This document shows, in pieces, positions 1 through 12,054 of a DNA stretch of 64,000 nt. Each line of letters starts with the position of its first letter. The stretch's first letter is position 1. Both the position numbers and the translations under genes were made by a program. Source of the stretch: Glaucostegus cemiculus (taxonomy: Eukaryota); NCBI GenBank assembly GCA_976551045.1, contig CDPCPM010000157.1, forward strand, positions 5,084,001 through 5,148,000. The letters run 5' to 3'. Below the pieces are notes generated by a model, which saw nothing but the letters and a program-made list of their open reading frames with translations, was not told the DNA's origin and did not search any database.

Positions 1-890
1 TTAAAAGGCTGGACAACACAGGGCCTACTGTCAATCTTGGACAAGATCTGCTGCAGGGAGCAGTTCTAAGTTTCAGTCACATCACAGGAAAAGGCAACTT
101 TTTCACCATGATGGGAGAAATGATGTTGGGGAATGTGAGTGTGGAATGAAATTATAGTCAGGTTAGGCAGGGAAATCTAAGGGTATCATCCTAACTCATT
201 GTTAATGAAGCTCTGCTGAAGAAAACGAGGAAACTAATACCTTCTGATGTCAGCTATCAAGAGAGAAGGTTAATATTTCCACTGGCAGCCTCTCAAGCTA
301 TAACTGTACCAAGTGAAAGCAAGAACAGCAATGAAACAAAGGCAGCAACAGAAATAGATTCCTGTCTCTGTGTCTTCAACCCAGCAATCCGAGTGGTGTA
401 GAAACCGAGACTCCCGACATCTGTGGGCAGTTGTATATTGGAGAATTAAATTCACCCATACAACCCACTCTCCCATCTTTAGCTCTTAGCTGTGCTCAGG
501 ACACTGTAGTATCAGGCAATGTTAACCAATATAAGGGAAAAGCGATTCTATGTTGATAGAAACTGGTTCTGCTTTTCCGATAGAGTCGGTCTGTGCTGCT
601 ACAGTTTCAGTTCTCTTGCTTTACCCCACCACTGACAATCACTGGTGCTACACAAATACAGGAATCTAGTTGGCTGTCTACATATTGGGTAAATTGAAAC
701 AACTGTCTTCAGTCCCCATTACAAACTCCACTCTCTAGCTCAGTCTGTATCCCAGGAAATGTCTGGACAGAAGCAGATAGTCCGAAATGTTGGTGTTATA
801 ATTCAACATTGGATCACAGATCTGTGGCATCACCAAGGCTGTCTGTTTCCACTGTTGTAACATCACCCAGCTCCTGCCTTAGTCCATCCT

Positions 891-1147
891 TAATTAAATT
901 TTTTATTTAAATTTTATTTACAGCATGGTAACAGGCCCTTTTGGCCCAACGAGTCCACGCTGCCCATTTTAAACCCCCCAAATTAACCTACCCGTACATC
1001 TTTAGAATGTGGGAGGAAACCGGAGCACCCGGAGGAAACCCACGCAGACACAGGAGAACATACAAACTCCTTACAGTCAGCGACGGGAATCGAACCCCGA
1101 TCACTGGCGCGGTAACAGCGTCGCGCTAACCGCTACGGTATCGTGCA
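891..1147 (-). mobile_element. Young V-SINE (HE1-like, tRNA-derived) with CR1-type tail
   Basis: Minus strand shows A-box (gtagcggttagc), B-box (ggttcgattccc), V-domain (gtgggtttcctccgggtgctccggtttcctcccac), gggcc..aagggcctgtt tail and A/T-rich end. Close copies at 15930, 19187, 30618, 35270 and 56015. Confidence 0.9.
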
Positions 1148-1149
1148 GC

Positions 1150-1530
1150 CCATCTGCTGAAACTCTAAACACTTCATTGTTACTTCAAGACATGACTATC
1201 CCCCAGACAGTTCTATCCACCCTTCATGAACTTGAGAGCATCTAAAACTCTCCTGCCCCTGCCCTAACCCACACCAGGCCCCACTCACCCACCACCCCTG
1301 CTCTTGCAAAGCTGCACTGGCTTCCCATTAAGCAAAGGACCAGTTTGAAATTCTTGTTCTTATTTTCAAGCCTCACCCTCCCAATCTCTGCAATCTGCTT
1401 CAGTCCTCTAATCCTCCAGGATATCTCATTTCCTCTAATCTTGCCCTCCTCATCCTGGAGTTTAATCACCGGATTAGAAGAAGAGCTTTTAGCTGCCAAT
1501 GATCCAGGTTCTTTCATTCCCTCCCGAGAC
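1150..1530 (+). mobile_element. Decayed L2 LINE ORF2 3' fragment
   Basis: Translates as TTPALAKLHWLPIKQR..KFL, matching the L2 C-terminal TP.L..LHWLP motif. Confidence 0.65.
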
Positions 1531-1704
1531 CTTTCAGCGTAAGCAGGCTGTCCCCAGGCAATAAATGGGCTCTGTTTTCACAGATGTCCATAAGTCAACT
1601 TTGTCCATAAGTCAGAAAATACACAAAAATCATTGAGTATGGTAACTATACCTCCACAGTATTGTAATGAATGGCATCAAAAGCACAGGAGACTATTAAG
1701 GAAG

Positions 1705-2385
1705 AACAGAATCAGAATCGGGTTTATTATTGCTGACATGTCATGAACCTTGTTGTCTTGCAGCAGCAGTGCAATGCAAGACATAGAAATTACTGAAAAC
1801 AACTTTTAATCTGGATATCCAAAACAAGAGTGTTAAACCGCCGTCTAACAAGACCTGCAATGTCTATCTCCCAGAATGCTGAATAAATAAGTGGAAAAAA
1901 AAATTACTATAAGTTACAAAAATAAATATAGTGCAAAAGAGGACTAATGAGATGGTGTTCATGGGTTTATAGACCATTTCAGAAATCTGATAGGGGAAGG
2001 GAAGAAGCTGTTTCTGAATCATTGAGTTTGGGTCTTCTGGTTCCTGTACCTCCTCCCCGATGGTAGTAACAAGAAGAGGGCATGTCCCGGATGGTGACAG
2101 TCCTTAATAATGGATCTGCCTTCTTGAGGCACTGCCTCTTGAAGGTGTCCTCATGATGGAGCTGGCTGAGTCTACAACCCTCTGCAGCCTCTTTCAATCA
2201 TGCACATTGGAGCCTCCACACCAGGGGGTGATGCAATCAGTCAGGATGTAGAAATTTCCAAGAGTCTTTGGTGACATACCGAATCTCCTCAGACTCCTAA
2301 CTAAGTAGAGCCACTGGCGTGCCTTCTTTGTAATTGCATCAATGTGTTGGGCCCAAGATAGATCCTCTGAGATGTTGATGCCCTT
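1705..2385 (-). mobile_element. Rex1/Babar LINE 3' fragment with (TTCTGA)n tail
   Basis: Minus-strand peptide fragment RQCLKKA and a frameshifted HPGH.LFLLLPSGRRY motif; cagaatcagaatc at 1707 is the reverse complement of the tail. Confidence 0.85.
1795..1903 (+). other. Short poly(A)-ended retroposed fragment inside the Rex tail
   Basis: AATAAA at 1882-1887, A-run at 1895-1903, flanked by direct repeat AAATTACT (1787-1794 and 1901-1908). Absent from the sister Rex tail at 12055-12208. Confidence 0.7.
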
Positions 2386-2407
2386 AGTAACAATGACCAG
2401 AAGTGGG

Positions 2408-2425
2408 GGAGAGAGACTGAGAGAG

Positions 2426-2463
<38 letters not shown>
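2408..2463. repeat. (GA)n microsatellite
   Basis: Directly visible. Confidence 0.95.
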
Positions 2464-2471
<8 letters not shown>

Positions 2472-2659
2472 TTTTGCCATAGGAAGAAATGTATGTACGT
2501 ACATTGGACTTTTGAATGTAGTAATATTATGACAGCTCGTTTGTATGTGGAGGTGACCACAGGTTGGGCAATCTTAACCTGGGATGCCCTGTACCTTTCT
2601 TTAAGATGCTCCTTTCAACCAATTTGAATTTTGCACTTGATTGCCTCCATATTTCCCCA

Positions 2660-2960
2660 TAACACAGAATGAGGCCACTTGGCCCATCAAGTCTATGCTG
2701 GCTCTCTGGGTACACCCATTAATCCTATTTCTCTATTTATTCCTCTGCAACTCATTCTCTCAGACAGCCCATCAACTCTTGGTTCTTCTGTCACCTGTCT
2801 ACACTAGGGGCAACTTAGAGCGACCAATTAACACAGCATCCAGCATGTCTTTGGGATGTGGGAGGCAACTGGAGCACCCAGAGGAAACCCACACGGCCAC
2901 AGTGAGTTCAAGATCGAACCTGCATCTGGGGTTGTGAGGCAGCTGTGTTAACCAGCTCAG
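2660..2960 (-). mobile_element. Older long V-SINE
   Basis: Reverse complement of the V-domain (tctttgggatgtgggaggcaactggagcacccagaggaaaccc) plus tail. Confidence 0.75.
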
Positions 2961-3469
2961 TGTCAAATGTTCTGCTGCTAACATTGTCCTGAAGCAGCAG
3001 GGGACATTTTGCAACACAAAGGGTTTGTGCCATTGCTCTGATTGCTCCTCTTTTAAGAAACCCGTAGAAACTTCCAGGCTCGGAGAAGAGACAGAGCCAA
3101 GCTGAAATGCTCAAACATTTCCAGTGAAAGGTCAGGTTGAGCTGTAAAGCGCTCTGGACTTTTGGGAGATGGACACACAAAGTAAGAGCAAGCCAGCAGT
3201 CACTCAACCTTGACAGGCTCAACCGAAAGGTTCCTGTCTCTTGACATGTTGTCTACGACATGCCAATATTTCTCAGTGCAAACAGTTTGGATAGTTTCAA
3301 TTTATTTCTCTCTGGTCTTCCCTCAGGCCAAAAGTCAACGTGCAGTATTTCACACACATCTTCCCATAAATGTATAAGGTTAAGGGCAGGGGAATATCAC
3401 AAAGGGTGTGGCAGACCGAGGTAGGCTGACTTGATAGAGATATATCAGCATCAGTTGAAAGGGCTCATA

Positions 3470-4565
3470 ACACTGTCAGAATGCTGTAAGTTCAAAGCTC
3501 ATTCCTCAGGTCTGAGCACATCATCTCAAAAGATACTCTAGTATCTAGTACAGTACTGAGGGAGTGCTGTACTGTTCAAAGTTCCATGCAGAGTTGAGGT
3601 CACAATCAGATCTACATGATCTTATTCAATTGAAGAGCAGATCCTCCTGCTCCTCATTCATATGTTTGTATCTCCATCTTTCAGATAAGATGTTCAACTT
3701 AGGCCCTATCTACACTACCAGGTGGATGTGAAAGTTCAAAAGGCACATCCCAAGGCACGTACAAGACATTGGTGAGACCACACTTGGAGCATAGTGTTCA
3801 GTTCTGGCTGCCGAGCTACAGAAGGATGTCATTGAGCTGGAAAGGGTGCAGAAGAGATTCACGAGGGTGTTGCGGAGACTGGGCAGCCTGAGTTACAAGG
3901 AGAGGCTGGACAGGCTGGGATTGTTTTCCCTGGAGTGAAGGAGACTGAGAGGGCTGTCCTTATAGAGACGTATAATGCCACGAAGGGCATGGATAAGGTG
4001 AATGGCTACGGTCTTTTATCCCCCTGAGTAGGAAAATCTAAAACCAGAGGGCATAGTGTTAAGGTGAGAGGGGAAAGAGTTAAAGGGGACCTGAAGATTT
4101 TCACACAGAAGGTGCTGAGTATATGGAACAAGCAGCCAGAGGAAATGGTAGAGGTTGATATAAATACAACATTTAAAAGACATTTAGACAGGTACATGGA
4201 TGGGAAAAGTTTAGAGGTTAATGAGGCAAATGCAGGTAAATGGGACTAGCTCAGGTAGACAACTTGGTCGGCATGGACGAGTTGGGCCGAAGGGCCTGTT
4301 TCCATGCTGTGTCACTCTCCGACTCCACGACTATTTAGAAGAAGAGCGAGGGAGTTTGCTCTGGTGTCCTGAGCAATATTAATGCAGTAAAACCATTAAA
4401 AGTAAATCACATCAACAGCACCTTGTTGCTACTTCGAGGGCAAATTGGCTGCTGTGCTTTCAATGTAACGGCAATGACTACATTTCAAAACGTGCTGCAT
4501 CAGCTGCCAAAGAATGCTGGACATCCTCTGGTCCTGAAAGTTGCTACATAAATGCAAATTTTTAT
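3470..4565 (+). mobile_element. Deu-domain SINE (SacSINE1/AmnSINE1-like), interrupted by CR1 pieces
   Basis: cagtactgagggagtgctg...caggtggatgtgaaag...[CR1]...ctatttagaagaagagc..ggtgtcctgagcaatatt and the ataaatgcaa tail. Confidence 0.75.
3755..4330 (+). mobile_element. CR1 LINE 3' end (HER1-like)
   Basis: YKTLVRPHLEHSVQFW, LERVQKRFTR, LGLFSLE and FTQKVLSIWN motifs, then the gggccgaagggcctgtt tail. Confidence 0.92.
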
Positions 4566-5680
4566 TTTAGGCAGTACACGAGGGGGTTGATTATTTTGTG
4601 TGTATGTTAAAGGTAAAATCCTACTTTTGCTTTATCTTGCCTGGTGCTGTGCACGAAGGTCAAGTGTAAGGTGAACAGAACTCAGTTCCAGAAAAGACTA
4701 ATCACTTGCTTCCCTGCTGTGTTAGTCACCCGAGCCAAAGGTTGCTGAGTTGGAAATACAGAAGCAGGCAGGATCTTTGTTCCCAACCACGATCCACCCA
4801 GATCTGTGCAAATGTGGAAATCCACTGACAATGGATTGGCTGGTAATGTGATTCACCCCATGCTCGAACAGCCAATCGATATTCATAGTGCAATCCCACA
4901 GGGGAAGAACGGCAAACCATCATCCAGCAGACATGGAACTGCTTCCCGACATGAACAGCATGAGCATTTTCATGCCGAATCGAGGAGGATTAGCTTTCCA
5001 GAGGACAGATGGTGGTAATGCAAATTTAACATTAATCACTGGCAGATATGCAGAACTGTTAAGGACATTCATCACACGGTGGGAGGAGAATCAAAACAAG
5101 TGACTGGAGAATCGGAATACGTCCTGGTTGTCTCGAAGCTCTGGGCCAGCAACGTCCTGAGTGAGAGTGACGACATCGAGAGATCTGAGACACGGTCCGG
5201 GAGAGGCGTATCATCAAGATTGATATTTCAGTGCAGGAGGGACAAACTGCTAAACAATCGGAGATGCTTCAGATTTAACATAACAAAGATGTGGTTTATA
5301 CCCCTCGGGCCAGAAGCACCACATCTTTAAGGAGGAACAATGTGAAGTGTACAAAATGCTCAGCACAAAGAAAGGAGAGATATTAAAGGCTGTATCATCT
5401 CTGAAAGTGGATTAATTATCAGGTCCAAATTAAATACATCCCAAGCATGGGAGGAAATAATGCAGCCTCTAGCTATTGTTTCCCAGTCCTCATTAGTTAG
5501 AGATTTGGTGCCAGAGGCTTGGAAGAAGACAAATGTGATATTGTTGATGTACAGAAGGGGAAAAACGGACAGAGCGTGTAACTACAGGGCAGTCAACCTA
5601 GCCCAGCCCTGGGCCCCAATTTTAACTGTTCTGAGGCAGCATTTATGAGCATTTGGACAGGCACAGGTTAATCACAGACA

Positions 5681-5908
5681 GAAGAAAAACACGATGATGC
5701 TGGAGGAACTCAGCAGGCCAGGCAGCGTCTGTGGAGAAAAACAGGCGGGTCAACGCTCAATATGTTGACCGCCAGTCTTAAAGAAGGGTCCTGACCTGAA
5801 ACGTTGACCGCCTGATTTTCTCCACGGATTTTCTCCTGGCCTGCTGTGTTCCTCCAACATCATAGAGATTTTCATCTAGATTCCAGCGTCTGCCGTCCTT
5901 TGTTTCTC
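5681..5908 (+). mobile_element. Penelope-derived hairpin element with a decayed hammerhead motif
   Basis: Inverted arms gatgctggaggaactcagcagg / cctgctgtgttcctccaacatc; agaagggtcctgacctgaaacgttgac at about 5781-5808. Confidence 0.75.
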
Positions 5909-6157
5909 CTCAATCACCGACAGGGTGGATTTCTTCAGGGAACATTGTGCCTGACAAACTATCGAAGAAGTAACATTGAGGGCTGATGAGGGCAGCACAT
6001 TTGATGTAATCTACATAGAGTTTAGATAAAGTCCGACATAAAAAACTGATTAGGTAAGTGTCCATGGATCCCTGAGGTAGTGGGAAGAGGGTTTGTAGAT
6101 AAGGAGGTTAAATGGCATGTGAGATGCTTTCCTTTCTCATCTGAGTCACTAAGCATG

Positions 6158-6372
6158 AGAACAACAAACAACCTGCTGGAGGAACTCAGCAGGTTGAACT
6201 CCACCTGTGGGAGAAAAGGAGCTGTCGATGTTCCCATTCGAAACCTTGATCATCAGGGTCCTGATGACCCAAAACATCAACAATTCCTTTCCCTCTACTC
6301 GACCCACTGAGTTCCTCCAGCAGACTGTTTGTTGCTCCAGATTCCAGCATCTGCAGTCTCTTGCGTCTCCAC
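6158..6372 (+). mobile_element. Penelope-derived hairpin element
   Basis: Arms aacaaacaacctgctggaggaactcag / ctgagttcctccagcagactgtttgtt; centre catcagggtcctgatg holds two head-to-head CTGATG cores. Confidence 0.75.
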
Positions 6373-6592
6373 AGAGTATAAAAGGTGGCGAGTCCTGCTA
6401 TACCCACCAGCTGTACACATTCTTCCAACCACGGCTGGAGTACTGTGTATAGTGCTGGTCACCGCACTATTGGAAGGATGTGACAGCACTGGAGTGGGAG
6501 CAAAGGAAGGTTATGAGGATGTTGCCAGGGCTTTGAGCAGAGACTGCGCAGGCTGGGGTTGTTTTCTTTCAAATGAAAGAGACCAAGGTGTG

Positions 6593-7425
6593 CAAAATTA
6601 TAGGATGCCTCAACTAGATAAGGAGTTGGCCACTAGGAGGCTTGGATTTAAACTAGAAGGACAGAGAGAAGGAATAAAAAGGAGTTGCAGATAGGAGTTC
6701 CCAGCCTCGGAGGGGTAAGAGTCTGGAAGGCAGAGTCTAAAATGATGGTGAATGTTGAAAGGTATTTAGCTGAGCTACAAAAGACCTGTAACTCACAAGG
6801 CTAATGGCTGAGAACATAGAACAGGCCCTTTGGCCCATGATGTCTGTGCTGTATCTCCTAAATCAAACCTTTTTCGGTCAACATGGACATAACAGCCTCT
6901 CCTGTGCCATAAACTGCTCTGATTCTGTGTAAGAAACTACAGCCACCAGCAAATAAAAGAGGTAAGGAAACTAGTACATTGACGGAACATACAGACAATG
7001 CTAGTGACGGGGAGGTACAGTGATACATAATAAGTGACCAAACAGATGATAAGATCTACAAAAAGATCTACAGAAAGAAAGTTTGCAAGAGATGTCATAA
7101 TTTCTTCACAGGAGAAACCTACAATCCCATTAGTCAGTCCAGTGAACATTTGCTGTATGCTCTGTTTTGCAAGTATTTCATACATCATGGGCCAAAGGGC
7201 CTGTTCTATGTTCTCAGCCTTGTGAATTACAGGCCTTTTGTAGCTCAGCTAAATACCTTTCAATATTCACCATCATTTTAGACTCTGCCTTCCAGACTCC
7301 TAACCCTCTGAGGCTGAGAAACCTATCCGCAAATCCTTTTTATTCCTTCTGTCTGTCCTTCTAGTTCAAATCCAAGCTTCCTGATAGCCAACTCCCTATC
7401 TACTTGAGGCATCTTATAAAATTTG
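6593..7425. repeat. Inverted repeat with ~250-bp arms (6593-6843 and 7182-7425)
   Basis: For example gagtctggaaggcagagtctaaaatgatggtgaat pairs with attcaccatcattttagactctgccttccagactc; roughly 85-90% identical. Confidence 0.95.
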
Positions 7426-7439
7426 TTATAATTACATTT

Positions 7440-8385
7440 GAAAAGAGTGGTCAGGAGCAATGAGACCCTGTGAAAATAGATAACGGTGATAAGGCGCTAG
7501 TGTGGAGTGTGAGAAGAACGCAGGGAGATTTCAGGGGATATGGACAGGCTAAGTGAATGGACAAGGATGTGACAGATGGAGTGTAATAGGGAAAAGTGTA
7601 AGGTCACAGACTTTAGTCAAAAACAATGGAAATGCAGAATATTTTTAAAACAGTAAGAGTCTGATACTTGTTGGTGTTCAGAGGGACATGGGGATCCTTG
7701 TACTCAAAGCACTGAAAGTGAACATGCAGGTGCACTGGGCAATTAGGAAGGCAAATTATGTATTGGCCTTTCCTGCAGGTAGATTTGAATCCTAGAGTAA
7801 GCAAATCTTTCTGCAATTATATAGGGCCCTGGAGAGACTGCACCTGGAATATTGTGTACAGAGTTGGTTCCCAACCTCAGGAAGGAAATACTTGAAAAAC
7901 AAAGCGTATAGCAAATGTTCACTGGACTGACTAATCGGATTGTAGGATTCTCCTGTGAAGAAAGATTCATAAAGCACCTATATTCTCTCTATTGTTCTGT
8001 ATTTAGAACAATAAGAGTTGATCCCATTGAAACCTACAAAGTTCTTTCAGGGCTTCACAGGGCAGATGTGAGGCTGATGTTCCCAGGCCGGGGATTTCAT
8101 GAACCAGGGGTCACAGACTCAGAATAAAGGATCATCCATTCACGACTGAGATGAGACAAAATTTCTTCATTGAGTGGGTGATACATTTTTGGGAATCTCT
8201 TCCCCAGAGGCTGTGGAGGCTAGGTTCCTGAATGCATGTAGATTGTGGGATGATAAGGAAATCGAGGTATATGGAGTTAGTGCAGGAAAGCGGCACTTGA
8301 GGTAAGAGATTGGACACAATCTTAATGAATGGTGCAGCAAGCACGAAGGGCAGGTGGCCCAGGTGTACATCCATTTCCTCCAATG
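7440..8385 (+). mobile_element. CR1 LINE ORF2 3' portion and tail
   Basis: LYRALERLHLEYCVQ and DPIETYKVL motifs; CR1-type 3' UTR. Confidence 0.85.
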
Positions 8386-8799
8386 TAAAGGCAGATAAAG
8401 AAATGTGTACCTGTTGAATAATTACATCAGTACATTCCTAAGAAGAGAAAAGCATTCTGGAAATTCTAAAGAAACAAACACTGAATCAAAAACTGCGATT
8501 CCACCAAAAGGTGCTGTAGTGAAGAAAATAATGATACTTAAGGATGACAACTTCCTGAGTCCAGATGGTTTGCACTCCTGGATTTTATAGGAAGTAGGTG
8601 ACACCACAGAGGGTGGAAAATTCTTTGGTTACAATATTATTTAATTCTTATCATGTTTCCTGACACGTTGGAGCAGCAGAGAGTGATATTTCCTTCCTTG
8701 GCAAGGACATAATAAATAGAAGCAAGTGTAGGACCTTCATGCCTGCCTTGCCTGTCAATCAGATCATGGATGATCGTCTACTCTCCTGCACTGACTCCA

Positions 8800-9081
8800 T
8801 GTCCCTGTGTGTTTACCACCACCGATGGCCCCACTAGCCTTGGATTCCACAAACACCTTGTGCCCACTCCGCCTCCCCTCCCTTATCCACCTATCACTGC
8901 TCTGCTTTTCCCTCCTATACGTTGGGCTTCCCCTTTTCCTATCCTCAGTCCTGAGGAAGGGTCCTGACCCGAAATGTTGACCGCCTGATTTTCTCCACGG
9001 GTGCTGCCCGGCCTGCTGAGTTCCTCCAGCATCATCGTCTTTTTCATCTAGATTCCAGCATCTGCAGTCCTTTGTTTCTCA
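8800..9081 (+). mobile_element. Penelope-like element pLTR/3' fragment
   Basis: C-rich leader, hammerhead motif, then the gctgagttcctccagcatc...agattccagcatctgcagtc end shared with the hairpin elements. Confidence 0.75.
8946..8983 (+). ncRNA. Minimal type I hammerhead ribozyme motif (Penelope-associated)
   Basis: cagtc-CTGAGGA-a-gggtc-ct-gaccc-GAAA-tgtt-gaccg: CUGANGA and GAAA core, closed stem II, stem I cagtc/gaccg. Confidence 0.75.
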
Positions 9082-9189
9082 AAGGAAAACAAGATCTGGA
9101 AATCCAAATCAAAAACAGAGGATGCTGGAGGTGCTCAGCAGGACAATCAACATCAGAGGGGATGAAACAGAATTGATGTTTCGGTTCAG

Positions 9190-10130
9190 AAATGGGTTGT
9201 ACACAGCACTGGCTAGAACACATTGGTTAGCAATTTTGGCCATAAATAATAGGAAGGGAATATGGGGAGTATTGGCTTTGGAGGGAGTGCAGCGTACCAG
9301 AATGATACATGGACTCAAGTGGTTAAATTCTGAGACAAACCTGGATTGTATTACTGAAGCTTAGAAGGATAACAGATGGCTTGATTAAAGATTTTATGAT
9401 TATGGGAATCTGATGGGACATGTAGAGAAAAAAAGTATTTTTGCTCACTGATTGGGAAGTTGATTGGCTCCACCACAGCCACATTAAACATTCACTTCCT
9501 CCACCACCGGCACACAGTGGCTGCAGTGTGTACAGTCTACAGAATGCACAGCAGGAATTCATCTAGTTACCCTGACATGACCTTCCAAACCTGTGACCTC
9601 CATCAGCAAGGAGGACTGGGGCAGCAGGCACCACCTGCATGTTCCTTCACCAAGCTACAAACCATCCCGATTTAGAAATACAAGGCTAGACCTTCATTGT
9701 CACTGGGTCTAAATCCTGGAACTCCCTATCCAACAGCACTGTGGAAGTACTTCCGCCAGAAGAATTGCAGTGGTTCAAATAAGTAGCTCACCACCACTTT
9801 CTCAAGGGTAATAAATGCTGCCCTTACCAGTGATATGGTTAAACTTATGAGACAAACGTGGATTGCATTACTGAAGCTTAGATGGATAAGGCTTAGAGAA
9901 CCACCTCCAGAAAATGAATACATTCTAAAACATGTCTGCAGTTGGAGGACAGAACCTAAAAATTAAATTCAGGCTTTTCAAGTCTTAAGTTGGAAAGCAC
10001 TTCCACACAAAGAGATAGAAGTTTGACTCTCATTCACAAGCGACCACTGAACTGTAAATTATAAACCTGAGATGATAGTTTGTCGTTAGTAGGATTATTC
10101 AGAGGTATGGCCACGAGTTTAGAGTCTAAA
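9190..10130 (+). mobile_element. Old CR1 fragments with a second LINE 3' end (about 9465-9835) between them
   Basis: ALEGVQR motif; second element has HRHTVAAVCTVYRMH and the gctcaccaccactttctcaaggg..aataaatgctg tail. Confidence 0.6.
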
Positions 10131-12054
10131 CGTTGGAAGGTACAACTTCCAATGATGAGACAAATGGACAAAAGGATGGGGAATAGGGGAGAGGTGGAGG
10201 AACGCTATTCCTGGAATTCAGCCACAGATGAACCACAATCTGCTTGAATGACAGAACAACTCCAAGAGCTTAACATAATGTAGATTGTGTACACTTTCCA
10301 CCTGTTCGGGTGGGTGCTGAAGATCCAATGGAATTATTATACAAAAAAGGCAGGGAATTCTTCTGGGACGCAGGTCAACATTTTTCTGCAGATGGAGCAA
10401 GGCTTTATAATGATGCATCACTCCCACAAAATTCACTGTTGGCAGTCCCTGTTTTGGTCAGCGCATGCCTAATGTCATGGTGAAGTGTTCAATGATGTTG
10501 CCATTTATTTCAGGAGTTTTGACATTTTAACTAAGATTATAGGAAGACAAGTTGCATCATCGCTCATACATATAGCTTGTCAACTCCATGACTTTGCTGG
10601 AGTTTAATTCAGGACATTTTGGGAGGACAATTAAGGGTAGGACTTTCACAAGGGTAGGAGTGTTGTGGAACAGAGGGACCTAGGGGTACATGAAGTTGGA
10701 CCCTACCTGTTCAAGTAGATTAAAAAAGTCTCACAAAGAGCAGAGGGTGCTCTCAGAGCAATGGGCAAAACTGCTTACTCCAACAGCACATCGCTGTTTG
10801 TGGGATCTTGCTGTGTGCAAACAGGTTGTCACGTTTGGTTAAATGCTTTTGGACCATAAGTGACAGGTGCCATAAGGAGCTTTCACTAGACATTTTAAAT
10901 TGCTTTCAGAGAGCAAATAATACTGACACAGTATCGCAGACAGTAATGCGGTTTCATGCCCTTTTTCTTTCTAGAACACAGAGCAGTTTTAATTAGAATC
11001 TGTTGTGACTGAGTTGTGAGGAGAACAATGGTGGCCTGTTGTTAGCTGAGATCGCTCAGTTCAAGGCCTTGAGAAATATTCCCTTGGACAAAAGTAGAAC
11101 AGCTTGGTCTGAATGAGAGCCAAGAAATGCTTTAGAAAATATCCCCACTTCAACTCAAGAGTAAATTCAGTTCTGGTGATGTTAACAGCAGGGGCACTTC
11201 CTGCCATTGATAGCAATTGGCTCTGTAGGGTCATGTACTAGTGGCTTCAGGATGGTGAGAGTTGGTGCAGCGTTAGCATTCCATCCCCCCAACAATGCAG
11301 GAAGGTTCTGTGCTGAGCAGCTGATCTCAACTGGAAGCTTGCCGTTGGCCTCAGTATCTCAAGACTGGGCGGAGGGCAGGCATAATGCCAGGGTTCCCAA
11401 CCGTGAGACATAGATGGAGGGACAATGAGACTTATCGATGACGTCTCTCACTGGCTGGCACTTACTGTCTGAAGGATCGGGGGAGATATCTTGTCTATTG
11501 AAGTGACCCTTGTCTCCCCCATAAAAATTCAAGTTTCAAACACAAGAGCCTAGAGTCTGCGAAGGTTTGTTCAATGGTGATTAACAAGCTGCATTTACCA
11601 ATTTACCTCAACCTGTGCTCAAAATTACACTGTTTCTACCTCTGCTGTAAATTGGAAGCAAGGTCAGTTGAAGGTAAAACCAATTAGCCCCAAAGTCACA
11701 CAATACGTCAAGGCTTCACTGCATTCACGGGGAATGTACTGCAATTAGCCTGCCACCAAATTAACAATGTGAAGGTCCTCTCAATTAAACTAGCTATGTA
11801 TGTTACCATGCCAACTGGGCAGCCGCTAGTCAAAAAAGGTTATGTGGTGACAAAAGTAACCTTTCTATGGAGGCGGAATCTGAATAAACATCGTCAAATT
11901 AGATCCTTCTTATCGCTCTCCATTTACTGAACCGAACAGCACCAGAGGCCATTCTGCCCACTTCACCCGTCCTGGATCTGTGAAACGGCGGTTGGTTCTT
12001 AGTCCCACATCCCCGCTTCTGGGTGTGACTTTCCAGGCTTTCCAGTCTCCATGA

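Larger units (their letters stand above)
1544..2593. mobile_element. Possible Tc1/mariner (Tigger-like) MITE remnant hosting nested insertions
   Basis: Left end caggctgtccccagg; right end reverse-complements to ta-cagggcatcccagg. The ends are degenerate, so the TIR call is tentative. Confidence 0.4.
5370..6810 (+). mobile_element. Old, fragmented CR1 ORF2, interrupted by two hairpin elements
   Basis: VPEAWKKTNV..RGKTDRACNYRAVNL resembles the CR1 VPEDW..ANV.P.FKKG...NYRPVSL motif; PRLEYCV appears later. Confidence 0.7.

Noticed and set aside
4680-5340. Overlapping short ORFs in non-TE sequence
   Set aside because: No frame I translated gave a recognisable peptide or a convincing acceptor-donor pair.
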